Positions 11,401 through 23,895 of a stretch of 39,713 bases of DNA are shown here, piece by piece. Position numbers and translations under genes: made by a program. Location: assembly GCA_048213135.1 (NCBI GenBank), contig PS015314.1, positions 32,515 through 72,227 on the forward strand. The letters run 5' to 3'. Numbering within the stretch: position 1 is the first letter of the stretch; the number at the start of each line of letters is the position of its first letter. Source of the DNA: Reclinomonas americana ATCC 50394. Lineage: Eukaryota. Below the pieces are notes generated by a model, which saw only the letters and a list, made by a program, of their open reading frames with translations, made no database searches and was not told the origin of the DNA.

Positions 11401-14100
11401 GCCTGCGTACAGGATAGCGGCAATGTGGTCGAAGCGGAGCGACTGAATCGGGAGGTGTTGGCGTTGCAGTGCGAGGTGCTTGGTGAAAGGCATGCGCACA
11501 CGCTGGCGTCCATGAGCAATCTCGCAGTCTGCATTCAGGCCCTCGGCAATCTCGCCGAAGCCGAGCGACTGTATCGGGAGGTGTTGACGCGAGAGCAGGA
11601 GGTCCTCGGTGATAGGCATCCGCACACAGTTGGAACCATGATCAATCTCGCCAACTGCATTCACGAGAGCGGCAATCTCGCCGAAGCCGAGCGACTGTAT
11701 CGGGAGATGTTGATGCTGAGACGCGAGGTACTTGGTGACAGGCACCCAGACACGCTTGTATCCATGAACAATCTCGCCATTTGCATCGAGGGAAGTGGAA
11801 ATCTCGCCGAAACCGAGCGACTGCATCGGGAGGTGTTGATGGGCAGACGCGAGGTGCTTGGTGACAGGCATCCAGATACGCTGGCGTCCATGAATAATCT
11901 TGCCAACTGCATTCAGGAGAGCGGCAATCTCGCTGAAGCTGAGCGACTGTATCGAGAGTTGTTGCTGTTGCAGCTTGAGGTGCTTGGTGGCAAGCACCCC
12001 AGCACGCTGGCAAGTATGAACAATCTCGCCAGCTGCGTGAAGGCAAGCGGTAACCTCGTCGAATCCGAGCGACTGCATAGTGAGGTGCTGGTGTTGATGC
12101 GTGAGGTGCTTGGTGACAGGCATCCAGATACACTGGCGTCTCTGGGCAATTTTGCAAACTGCATCCATTCGATTGGAAATGTCGTAGACGCCGAGCGGTT
12201 GTCTCGAGAAGTGTTGCGATTGAGGCGTGAGGTGCTTGGTGACAGACACCCAGACACGCTGGTGTCCATGAACAATCTCGCCAGCCACATCCAGGCTCGT
12301 GGCAATGCTTCCGAAGCTGAGCGACTGTTTCGGGAGGTGTTGGCGTTGAAGCGTGAAGTGCTTGGTCACAAGCATCCAGATACTTTGACGTCCATCAATA
12401 ACCTTGCCGTCTGCATCCAGGAGAGTGGCAATCTCGCCGAAGCCGAGCGACTGTATCGAGAGGTGTTGGCGCTGCGTTGCGAGGTGCTCGGCGGCAGCCA
12501 TCCAGACACGCTGACATCTATGAGCTGTCTCGCCGGCTGTGTCCAGGCCAGTGGCGATCTCGCCGAAGCCGAACGACTGTTCCGAGAGATGTTGGAATTG
12601 CAGCGCGAGGCGCTTGGTGAGAGACATCCAGACACACTGGTGTCCGTGAATAATCTCGCCGGCTGCATCCAGGAGAGAGGCAATCTCTCCGAAGCTGAGC
12701 GACTGTATCGGGAGGTGTTGGCGTTGCAGTGCGACGTGCTCGGTGACAATCATCCTATGCGCGGCAAACTTGCCGAAGCTGAGCGACTATGTCGTGAATC
12801 AATGGGGTTGCATCGTGTGGTGCATGGTGATAGACATCCGCACACGCTGGCATCTGTGAACAATCTCGCCAGTTGCGTGCAAGCGAGTGGCAAACTCGCC
12901 GAAGCGGAGCGACTGCATCGGGACGTGTTGGCGTTGAGGCGTGAGGTTCTTGGTGACAGGCATCCAGACACGTTGAATTCCATGCTCAGTCTCGCCACTT
13001 GCATGCAAGCCAGTGGCAATCTCACCGACGCCGAGCGACTAGTTCGGGAGGTGTTGGGGCTGAGGCGCGAAGTGCTTGGTGATCGACATACCGACACACT
13101 TTCATCCATGAACAGCCTCGCCATCTGCATCCAGGCGAGTGGCAATCTCGCCGAAGCCGAGCTACTGTATCGGGAGGTGTTGGTTTTGACACAAGAGATG
13201 CTCGGTGACAGACATCCACTCACGTTGACGTGTATGAGCAACCTCGCCAGCTGTGTCCGAGCGCGCGGCAATGTCGCCGAGGCCGAGCGTCTGTATCGGG
13301 AGGTGTTGACGTTACAAAATGAGGTGCTTGGTGACAGGCATCCCGACACGCTGGCATGCATGAACAGTCTCGCCGAATGCATCCATAGACGCGGCAATGT
13401 TGGCGAATCCGAGCAATTGTTTCGTGAGGTGTTGACGTTAAGGCGTGAGGTGCTTGGCGGCAGGCATCTGCAGACGCTGATGTCCATGAACAATGTTGCC
13501 TGCTGCGTGCAGGCGAGTGGCAATCTCGCCGAAGCAGAGAAACTGTATCGCGAGGTGTTGGAGTTGAGGTGTGAGGTGCTTGGCGACAGGCATCCGCACA
13601 CGCTTGTGTCCGTGAACAATCTCGCTAGCTGCGTTCGAACGCGCCGCAATCTCTCGCAACTGCATCATCGTGTGGAGGCGTTGGGGTTGCAGCGTGAGGT
13701 ACTTGGTGACAGCGATCTTAGTACGCTCGTGTCAGTTAACAGTGTCGCCATCACCATGAAGGCATGTGGCAATCTCGCTGAAGCCGAGCGACTGTGTCTG
13801 GATATACTGACGTTGAGGCGTGAGGTGCTTGGCGGCAGACATCCAGATACACTAGTGTCCATGAACAATCTCGCCGTTTGCACTCAGGCACGAGGCAATC
13901 TCGCCGATGCGGAACGGCTTTATTGTGAGGCGTTGGTGTTACTGCGTGAGGTGCTTGGTGACTGGCATCCGCATACACTGGCGACGATGTATAATCTCGC
14001 CAACTGCTTGCGCGCAATCGGCAATCTGGCCGAAGCTGAGCGACTGCATCGGGCAGTGTTGGCGTTGATACGTGAGGCGCTTGACAGTGGCGGGCACTAG
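8466..14100 (+). CDS. NLR-like STAND protein: HEPN domain + NB-ARC-like P-loop NTPase + TPR array (~1740 aa)
   Basis: Phase-consistent GT-AG exons 8466-8527, 8593-8616, 8673-9376, 9446-9606, 9684-9909, 9983-10229, 10293-14100. Motifs: FDTTALTSIL...AVKQIRALRNEVAH (Rx4H at 9085-9102), Walker A GEGGSGKT (9475-9498), Walker B VLLLDNV, sensor-1 IILTTR, MHD-like YYAHD (10738-10752), then 42-aa TPRs. Confidence 0.88.
11293..14100 (+). repeat. Coding tandem array of 126-bp (42-aa) TPR units, ~22.5 copies
   Basis: Consensus GNLAEAERLYREVLxLRREVLGDRHPDTLxSMNNLAxCxQxS (kinesin-light-chain/TPR_10-12 type); unit 12 is 14 aa short and unit 20 is divergent. Confidence 0.95.
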
Positions 14101-14531
14101 CATCGATATCGATGTCAGTGTGCTGTTCGGCCAACAGCGTCCTCGTGCGCCATGACTCCCGTACCAACAAGCCTAGCAACTTCTTCGTGCGGTTGGTGGC
14201 GACATCCAGCCACACTGCGGGTGATCCGAAACCTTTGCGCACTAAAGTTGCAGCGTTTTGCATGAATGTTCTCGTCTATCCACCTCAATGAAGATAGTTT
14301 TCATGTTCATAGCTTGTGGAACCCAGTTTCCTCTCCAGTCGCCCCTGCTTGCAGCTCCTCTTCCACCACGATCGTCGCCTTTACTAAAATGTAAAGAGTG
14401 CACGGCTGCAAAGAACAGGCTTCTTTATAGCTGCTCGGCACTTCGTGAAGGCACAGCTGTTCATCCCTCTCAGCTTCACTTACATGTGTCCTTGTGTCCC
14501 TGTAATTTGTGTTCACTTTTCGTTGTTTGTG

Positions 14532-14760
14532 ATGGAGCGAGGAAGCGCAGAGTTCCGCACTCTGCAAGAGTCGCGTCGCAAGCTGCCCATCTATGCAGGC
14601 ATGTGTCACAAAGAGAGGCACACACGCAGAGAGTGAATGCATGCGCTGACTCTCTCTCTCTCTCTGTCTTTGATTGCAGCGCGACAAGCGATTCTGGAGG
14701 AGGTGGCAAGACATCAGTGCATTGTGCTGGTGGGAGAGACGGGAAGTGGAAAGACGACTC
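14532..14760 (+). CDS. DHX33: DEAH-box RNA helicase DHX33/Dhr2-like, N-terminal exons
   Basis: Exons 14532-14598 and 14680-14760: [49 protein letters not shown]. Confidence 0.8.
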
Positions 14761-14806
14761 GTTGAGTGTGAATGAGAGAGAGAGAATGCATGACGGAATG
14801 CATGAC

Positions 14807-14918
<112 letters not shown>

Positions 14919-14948
14919 NNNNNNNNNNNNNNNNNNNNNNNNNNNNNN

Positions 14949-15931
<983 letters not shown>

Positions 15932-17116
15932 CANNNNNNNNNNNNNNNNNNNNNNNNNNNNNNNNNNNNNNNNNNNNNNNNNNNNNNNNNNNNNNNNNNN
16001 NNNNNNNNNNNNNNNNNNNNNNNNNNNNNNNNNNNNNNNNNNNNNNNNNNNNNNNNNNNNNNNNNNNNNNNNNNNNNNNNNNNNNNNNNNNNNNNNNNNN
16101 NNNNNNNNNNNNNNNNNNNNNNNNNNNNNNNNNNNNNNNNNNNNNNNNNNNNNNNNNNNNNNNNNNNNNNNNNNNNNNNNNNNNNNNNNNNNNNNNNNNN
16201 NNNNNNNNNNNNNNNNNNNNNNNNNNNNNNNNNNNNNNNNNNNNNNNNNNNNNNNNNNNNNNNNNNNNNNNNNNNNNNNNNNNNNNNNNNNNNNNNNNNN
16301 NNNNNNNNNNNNNNNNNNNNNNNNNNNNNNNNNNNNNNNNNNNNNNNNNNNNNNNNNNNNNNNNNNNNNNNNNNNNNNNNNNNNNNNNNNNNNNNNNNNN
16401 NNNNNNNNNNNNNNNNNNNNNNNNNNNNNNNNNNNNNNAGGAGAGGAGGGAAGGGTGAAGGGGGAGAAAGGAAATGGGAGGGAGGGGGGACAGGGGGGGA
16501 AGGGAGGGAGGAGAGGGAAAGGGAGGAGGCATAGCTTGCGAACAGTGTTCGTTATAGTCTGCATTCTGCGCTTGAATTCTCTTTCTGCTGTCTCTCATGT
16601 TCATGTGAGTATTCTTAGTTGACTGCCTTTGCATTAGAGGAGGCGAGATTGGAGAAGAAGACAGAAGGGAAGAGAGAATGCGTTTGCATCCTGCTGTTGA
16701 ATGTTAAGTAGCGTACACGCACTCTCTCTTTCCTCTGCAGCCTCTTTTTACGTCTGCTTTGTGTACGCTTGCATTCAAACCTTCAACTTTGTCTGTATGG
16801 GTCTTTAAGTGTTTCGTGTTGAAGTAACATTGTGAGCCGCAGTCTGTTGATATTCGGGTAGCATTTGCGCACTCTGTTCGTACAACTGCAGTCTCCTTTT
16901 TCTTCTATTTTGTCTTCCTCTTCGCTCTCGCTCTCTGATTTCTTCGCGCGCTCATATTTGATTGCTCTAGATGTCGATGTGCATTTTGTCTCCCTTGTTC
17001 CTCCGATTCATCACTGTTTCTCGCGCTCTCGTTTCCCATGTCTGCGCTGCATGCTCTCTTTCTCTCTATCTCTCTGGCACCTGGCCCGAATTGATGTTTG
17101 TTTGCAGAAGCCTGCT

Positions 17117-17147
<31 letters not shown>

Positions 17148-17447
17148 TCGTACTTTCTTTCGTACCGCTTTCCAGTTGCTGTCTGCAGTGCATGTCACCG
17201 TTCTCTCATCTTCTCTCGTTCTCTTCGCCCCCTCGCTCGTTCCCTCCTGCCTTTCTCACTTTTCTATTCTCTCGCCTCACCTCTTTTCTATCTATCTATC
17301 TATCTATCTCTCTCTCTCTCTCTCTCTCCGAAGTTTCTTTCGTATCGCTTTCCAGTTGCTGTCCGTTTCGCAGTCATGTTTATCTGTCGTCCCTCTCGTT
17401 CCCTGCTGGCTTGTTCTCTTCTATCTATTCACACGCCTCTCTCCCTC

Positions 17448-17478
<31 letters not shown>

Positions 17479-17661
17479 TCACCTTTTTCTCATTCTTTCG
17501 TGCTCTCATTTGTTCAGTCTCTCGTGTTCTCTCTTGCAATTCACTGTCTCTCATTCTCTCTCTTTCTCTCGCTGTCTGTCTGACAGTCTCTTTCTCCCAT
17601 TCGCCCCTCTCTTTCCCTCTTGCTTTTCTCCTTGTCACTATTCAGTCACCTCCCTCCTTTT

Positions 17662-17693
<32 letters not shown>

Positions 17694-17824
17694 CTCACCC
17701 TTTCCCCCTTCCTCCCCTTCCCCTTTCCCCTCCCCTCCCCCTCACCCTTCCCTCCAACCCCCCTCTCCCCAATTTCCCCCTGTCTTCCCCTTCTTTCCCC
17801 TTCCCCTTCTCCTTCTCCCACCAG

Positions 17825-18607
17825 GCGACCACCTCACCCTCCTCAAAATCTACCGCGAATACCGCTCCCACAAGCGTGAACGCGGCTGGTGCACGAGGAA
17901 TTTCATCAACTTTCGCTCCATGGCGAAGGTCTGCCGCTTTGCCCCCATTCCCCCCTTCCCCCTTCCCCTGTTGACCGCTCCACAGGTCGACGACGTGCTG
18001 ACACAACTCAAGGACTTTTGCCGGCGCCTCGACATCAACTGCGAGGCCTCACTTGACGATCCCGACACCCTCTGTCGGTGCCTGTGCGCCGGCTTTTTCC
18101 AAAACACTGCACGCCCCACTGGTCTCTTTTGCCTTTTTCAACTCGCGCTATCATTGTCCCCGCTCACCGACTTGTTGTTGGTGATGGCGCAGGAACACCG
18201 GGCAAGTTCCGCACGCTGCTGGATGGCGTGGAGGTGGCCGTACATCCTTCCTCGGTGCTCTTCAACAATCGCACACCGTCGTGGATTCTGTACAACGAGC
18301 TGGTGGTCACCGGCAAGGCGTACTTGCGCGACGTGACCATGATTGATCAGTCGTGGCTCACCGAGGCGGCGCCCGACTTTTTCGTGTCCACCGGCACCGT
18401 GGACGTTGCGTGTGCTTGCCTGGCTTATTGCACCCTCCTCATGTATGCTTATGATGGTTGCCGTTGCAGGTCACGGATACTGGTAACCAGTCTGCGGCGG
18501 GCGGTGTCGTCACTGGCCGACAACGCGTCAAGGCCGTGGTCAATCGTGCAACTGGTGGCAGCAGCAGCAGCAGCAGCAGCGGTGGTCGGAGTCCTGCAGG
18601 GAGATAG
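17825..18607 (+). CDS. DHX33: DHX33-like helicase C-terminal (HA2/OB-fold) exons
   Basis: GDHLTLLKIY...WCTRNFINFRSM, LCAGFFQNTA, VHPSSVLF...ILYNELVVTGKAYLRDVTMIDQSWLTEAAP; last exon 18470-18607 ends in TAG. RecA2 exons are presumably in the N-gaps. Confidence 0.82.
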
Positions 18608-18677
18608 CCTCGCTTCTTTTCATTACCAAATAACAATAGAGAATCGCATAGACAATCTTCACGTGCGTGTCTCTTGC

Positions 18678-21600
18678 TCAGTAGGTCTGCAGAAGAGTGA
18701 CACTATTGAGTGTCGAGAGAGTCGACACTCACGAGACACGCATGACGCAACGGCTTTCTCGGCGTCGGACATTTCCTTCCAGGCCTGACCCAGGAGTTTC
18801 ACAATCACCGAGGCCGGGCGATCCGGATGCTGCACAACAACAATCAGTTGACAAGGAACACCACAGCACCACAAACGCCCCACAAAACCTTCGCTTTGAA
18901 CTCCTCCTGCTTCGCACGCGCGAATCGCAGGAACGGGTTGAGGGGGCGGTCGATTGCATCGTCGCTGACTTTGCCTTTTGGAGGGACAGGAGCAGCAGCG
19001 GCAGCAACGGCGGCGACGGCAGCCGGAACAGCAGCACCACCACCGAATCCAACGGCGTCTGGGCGTGAGGGCGGAGCGAATCCGGCGATCAATTGACCAG
19101 CACGCGGATCGTCGAAACCTGCGGCTGGATTCGCAAACCCACGGGCAGCAGGGTATTCCCACTTCGGCATTGCCGGTACCTTCTTGGGCGCATTTCCGTT
19201 CCCCGCAGCATCCGACTTATTCTTGACGGGGGCAAGCTTCGCAGCCGCCGCCGCCGGTGGAGCATCGGGAGAGCCGAACAGACCGGCAAGTTTCGCCGGC
19301 ACTTGTGAAAAAGCGTCGGCGGGACCAAATGCAAACGGACGTGGCGGTTCCGCAGGCGGAGGCGCACTGAACTTGAATCCACCGCCGGCGGCCGGGGCAG
19401 GGGCGGCAGCAGCAGCGGCAGCGGCACCAAATCCAAAGCCGCCGCCGGCGGGCGGGTTTGCCAGTTTGAAACCAGGTTGTGCAGGTTGTGCAGCCTGCGC
19501 AGCACCACCACCAAATCCAACAGCAGGTTGGACCTGTGCGCCACCAAATCCGAAACCAGGTTGCGCAGGTCGTGCAGCCTGCGCAGCCGCAGGGGCGCCA
19601 CCAAAGCCGAAAGCAGGCTGCGCAGGTTGTGCAGCAGCAGCCGACTCACCAAAGCCAAAACCAGGTTGCGCAGGTTGTGCAGCAGCAGCAGCAGCGGCCC
19701 CAAACCCAAATGCGGGCTGTGCAGCCTGCGCAGCAGCAGCCGACCCACCAAAGCCAAAACCAAGTTGCGCTGGTTGCGCAGCAGCAGCGGCGCCACCAAA
19801 TCCAACAGCAGGTTGGGCCTGTGCGCCACCAAATACGAAAGCGGGTTGTGCAGGTTGTGCGGCCTGCGCAGCAGCAGGGGCGCCACCAAAACCAAAACCA
19901 AGTTGCGCAGGTTGCGCAGCAGCAGCGGCACCACCAAGGCCAAAACCAGGTTGCGCAGGTTGCGCAGCAGCGGCGGCGCCACCAAAGCCAAAAGCGGGTT
20001 GTGCAGCCTGCGCAGCACCAACGCCACCAAATCCAACAGCGGGCTGGGCCTGTGCGCCACCAAATCCGAAAGCCGGTTGCCCAGGTTGTGCAGCAGCAGC
20101 AGCGGCCCCACCAAAGCCACATGCGGGCTGTGCAGCCTGCGCAGCCGCGGCGCCACCAATGCCAAAACCAGGCGGTGCAGGTTTCAGATGCGGGTACGCT
20201 CTGGCAGCTGCCGCGGCCGCTTCAATTGCTGCAACCATCGGACTTGGCGCAGGTGCTGCAGCACCGAATCCGAAACCAGCCGCTGCTGGCGGAGGAGCAC
20301 GCTGCGGAGACACAGCTCGTTGTCCGAACCTAACCGCACGCGCTTCCGCCTTGAATCCGAAACCACCCTCCGCTGGCGGCGGAGACGGAGCAGGCGACAC
20401 AAATTTGGCCGCAGCTGGTTGTGCAGGTACACCTAATCTGAACGCGGCTCGTTGTGAGAGCGAAGCCGCACGCGCCTCCGCGGGCACTGCAGCAGCAGCA
20501 CCGAATGCGAAGCCACCCGCTGCAGGCTGCGGCGACGCCCTGATTCGAACACCATCTGCAGGCGGAAGCGGAGAGGCCGAGCCATCTCCAACTTGGGCAG
20601 AAACCACAGGCTGCTCTGCTGGCTGCCGATGCAAGGGCACGCCGAACACGGTGACGCCAGAGTAGGCGAGAGGGGGAGGACGAGCAGCGGCAGCTCGCGC
20701 ATCGGGAGACTCGACTAGCGATTTGAGACGCTTCTCACTGATGCCGGCCAAGGCACCTGCGCGGCACGGAGGGTGTCAGTGGCAGTTTCGCACAACCCTT
20801 TTTTTATAGCAACTCACCTGCCAGCATGTCCGCGGCCGACGTCTGCGCCACGGGCGAGGCTGATACGCGCACGAAGCGATTGATAGAGTCGCCGTCGGCG
20901 GTCACAGAGTGGGCGACACGAACGGCGGAGCGCACACGCTCGAAATTCTCCTGCAAGTCCTGTGTGCGTGGTGCGGCAGAAAATGATGAGCAACACACGA
21001 AGTCTGTCGGTGACGTGAGAAAGGCAGCACGAACCACCAGAGTCTTGTCCAGCGACTCCCAGCGCGCAATGTCAAGTCTCTGCAAGTACTCGCTGGTGGG
21101 ATTGAGCTCCGCCAGTTGTCGGTTGGCGCGCAACAAGAATTCTGTGAGGCCAATCAATGAAAAACAACAAGAAATAACAAGAAAAGGAGGAGACCACGTG
21201 CGCACCCTGTTCACGCTGAATGGCGAGCTGGCGAGCTCGCACCTCCTGTGCCACGAAGTCTTGCAGCTGGTGCCGGAAGAGGTCCACCAGGCGATCAATC
21301 TCCGCCTGCAAGGGGTGAGTGGTGCGCGAAGCGGACAACGGGGAGAGGTAGGCGGGGGCGCACGCAACAGGATCCTCGGCGGCCGCGAGCGCCGTCTTCA
21401 TCGCCTCCACGTTGCGTGAGCGCTCGGCCACCGCCACTCGGAGTTTGCTGGTGGCCACTTGCACGTAGTCTCGCTACACACGCAGGGAATATATTAGGAG
21501 AAGGGCGATAAGGGGGAAAGCGAAGGGGAGGAGAAAGAAAGGGGGAAGGGAAAGGGGAAAAGGAAAGGGAGAGAGAGAGAGAGAGAGAAGCAGGTGACCA

Positions 21601-23441
21601 TGAAGGACAAGAAAGACAGAAGAACACATTCGCCAACATCTACAAACTTATCAGACGGGCGGTACTGCATTCCATCTGCCAAGCGAGTGCTGTGTGCAAA
21701 GTCCTCTGACAACCTCCCCTATGCCCAACCGTGACACACACCACCTGCCAGGCACTCACCGTTGCGCGCACATTCGTGCGAATCTGCGCCGCTGCGTCGT
21801 CGTCGGCCTTGACCAGCGTGTATTGCTTTGGCGCGCTGTGTGCTTATCGAGTTAACGCAACTTCAATAGAAACGCGCGCAGCACCATCACCAACCTCGCC
21901 GCACACTGCTCGCACAACGGCGACATGGATTTGAGGTCGACGAGGGTCAGTGGAGCACGGTGCAGTGGGCATAAATGGCTGGCGGCGTCGTGCTTGTCAA
22001 AAACGCCCTCCGCACCATCGCGACTGTCACGGAAAAATGAGCACCGCCACCAAGCTGCAACAATAGAAGAAGAAACGCGAAACTTGCGCTTCAGTTGAAC
22101 CGGCGAGAGGCACACAAACTCGTGAATGTCGCTTCCACGGCGCACCACCGACTCCTGCATTGAAGGTCAGCGAAAGTCTCACACGCTCCACACAAAAATA
22201 CGCACCGCCGAGCAACAAGTACACTTGAAACATGCGTCGGCGGCCTGCAATGAATGCAACTCCGCCTCGTAGTACGCGCTGCGTAGAGAAGATGGTGAGT
22301 CAAGACACGTGGGAAGATGACACGGCGAGCAGAAACTCACGTGAAGCAGCCGTAGCAGAGGGGGTGTGGCGTCAGGCACTCGGGCAACACAATGTACTCG
22401 AACGTCTGATCGTGGCAGAACATGCATTGCACGCGCTCAATCTGGGACAGAGCGATGATGGTGAGGAATCAAGTCGCACACCAGGCGCTTCACACAGCAC
22501 GCACCTCAAAGATATCCGCGACGGCCAGCGGGGCGCCAGGCGACCGCACCGACGCCGCCAACTGCTCCTGCTCCTCCTTGTCGTCCCCCGGCATCTCCTT
22601 CTTCTCCTGCTCCTTCTCTTCAGCCGCCGCCTCCACCTCCTTCTTCATCTTGCGCGCCTGCTGATGCTCCACGTCATCCTTCTCCTCTTCTTCGTCCTCT
22701 TCCTCATCATCGGCATCATCGTCGTCATCAACATCATCATGCAGGTACGACGGGAAGCCGGCGGCGGCCATGACGGCATCCAACTCGCGCGCCAGCTGCA
22801 CGACGAGATGCTTGAAGGGATCCGCCACCTCCTTCAGCTGGAACGGAGCAGCCGGTGGCGGGAACGGCGGCAAGTGCTGCAGTGGCGGCAGCGGTTGTAG
22901 TAGATCGGCGGGTCTCATCAGCGGCATCGCCATGCGGAGGGGTCTTGCGAGGCCGGATTTGCGGGCGGGAGCCAGGGGCTGTGGTGGGAAGGAGGGAAGG
23001 AGGGAAGGCAAAGGAGAGAGAGAGGAGAGGAGAAAAGTGAATGAGAATGCGTTGGGACTGGTGAAGAGAGAAGGCAATGGTGCGCTGCGATGCTCACGCA
23101 TTGTCACAGTGAGTGATAGAGAGAGAGAGAGAGCAAGAGAGGAGAGGAGATGAGGGGCTCAGAGACTGCATCACGGCGAGCGAGGAGAGGACATTGGAGA
23201 AGAAAGAGAGAGAGCATGTCAGTGAGTAAGAGAGGAGAGGAAATGAGCAACTCAGTGACTGGAATGAGGAAAAGTTGGGCGAGTGGGAGCTTGGTGAAGA
23301 GAGAATGCATTGTGTCTTGCACTATGCAAGCAGAGCCACAGTGACTGTCAGTGAGTGAGTGGAGAGCAAGTCAGTGAGTGAGTGGAGAGCAAGTCAGTGA
23401 GTGACGAAGGAGAGGAGATGAGCAACTCAGTGAATGCCACA

Positions 23442-23487
<46 letters not shown>

Positions 23488-23780
23488 AAGAAGAGAGCGT
23501 CGTAGATATAGAGAGATGACAGTGACAGTCGACAACAACTAACTACCTACCTTCCTTCCTTCCTTCCTTCCTTACCTACCAACCAACCAACCAACCAACC
23601 TACCNNNNNNNNNNNNNNNNNNNNNNNNNNNNNNNNNNNNNNNNNNNNNNNNNNNNNNNNNNNNNNNNNNNNNNNNNNNNNNNNNNNNNNNNNNNNNNNN
23701 NNNNNNNNNNNNNNNNNNNNNNNNNNNNNNNNNNNNNNNNNNNNNTCGTACGTTACGGTGTACGGTCGGTACGTCGTAGT

Positions 23781-23817
<37 letters not shown>

Positions 23818-23847
23818 ACGTCGAGACGACGACGAGACGAGAGAGAG

Positions 23848-23895
<48 letters not shown>

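Noticed and set aside
11293-14100. Regular periodic repeats as a CRISPR array, or the gene as kinesin light chain
   Set aside because: The units are in-frame 126-bp coding repeats without spacers, and the upstream STAND and HEPN domains exclude kinesin light chain.
19184-20665. 493-aa + strand ORF and other overlapping frames; likewise antisense ORFs over the TPR array
   Set aside because: Stop-poor shadows of repetitive coding sequence on the other strand or frame.
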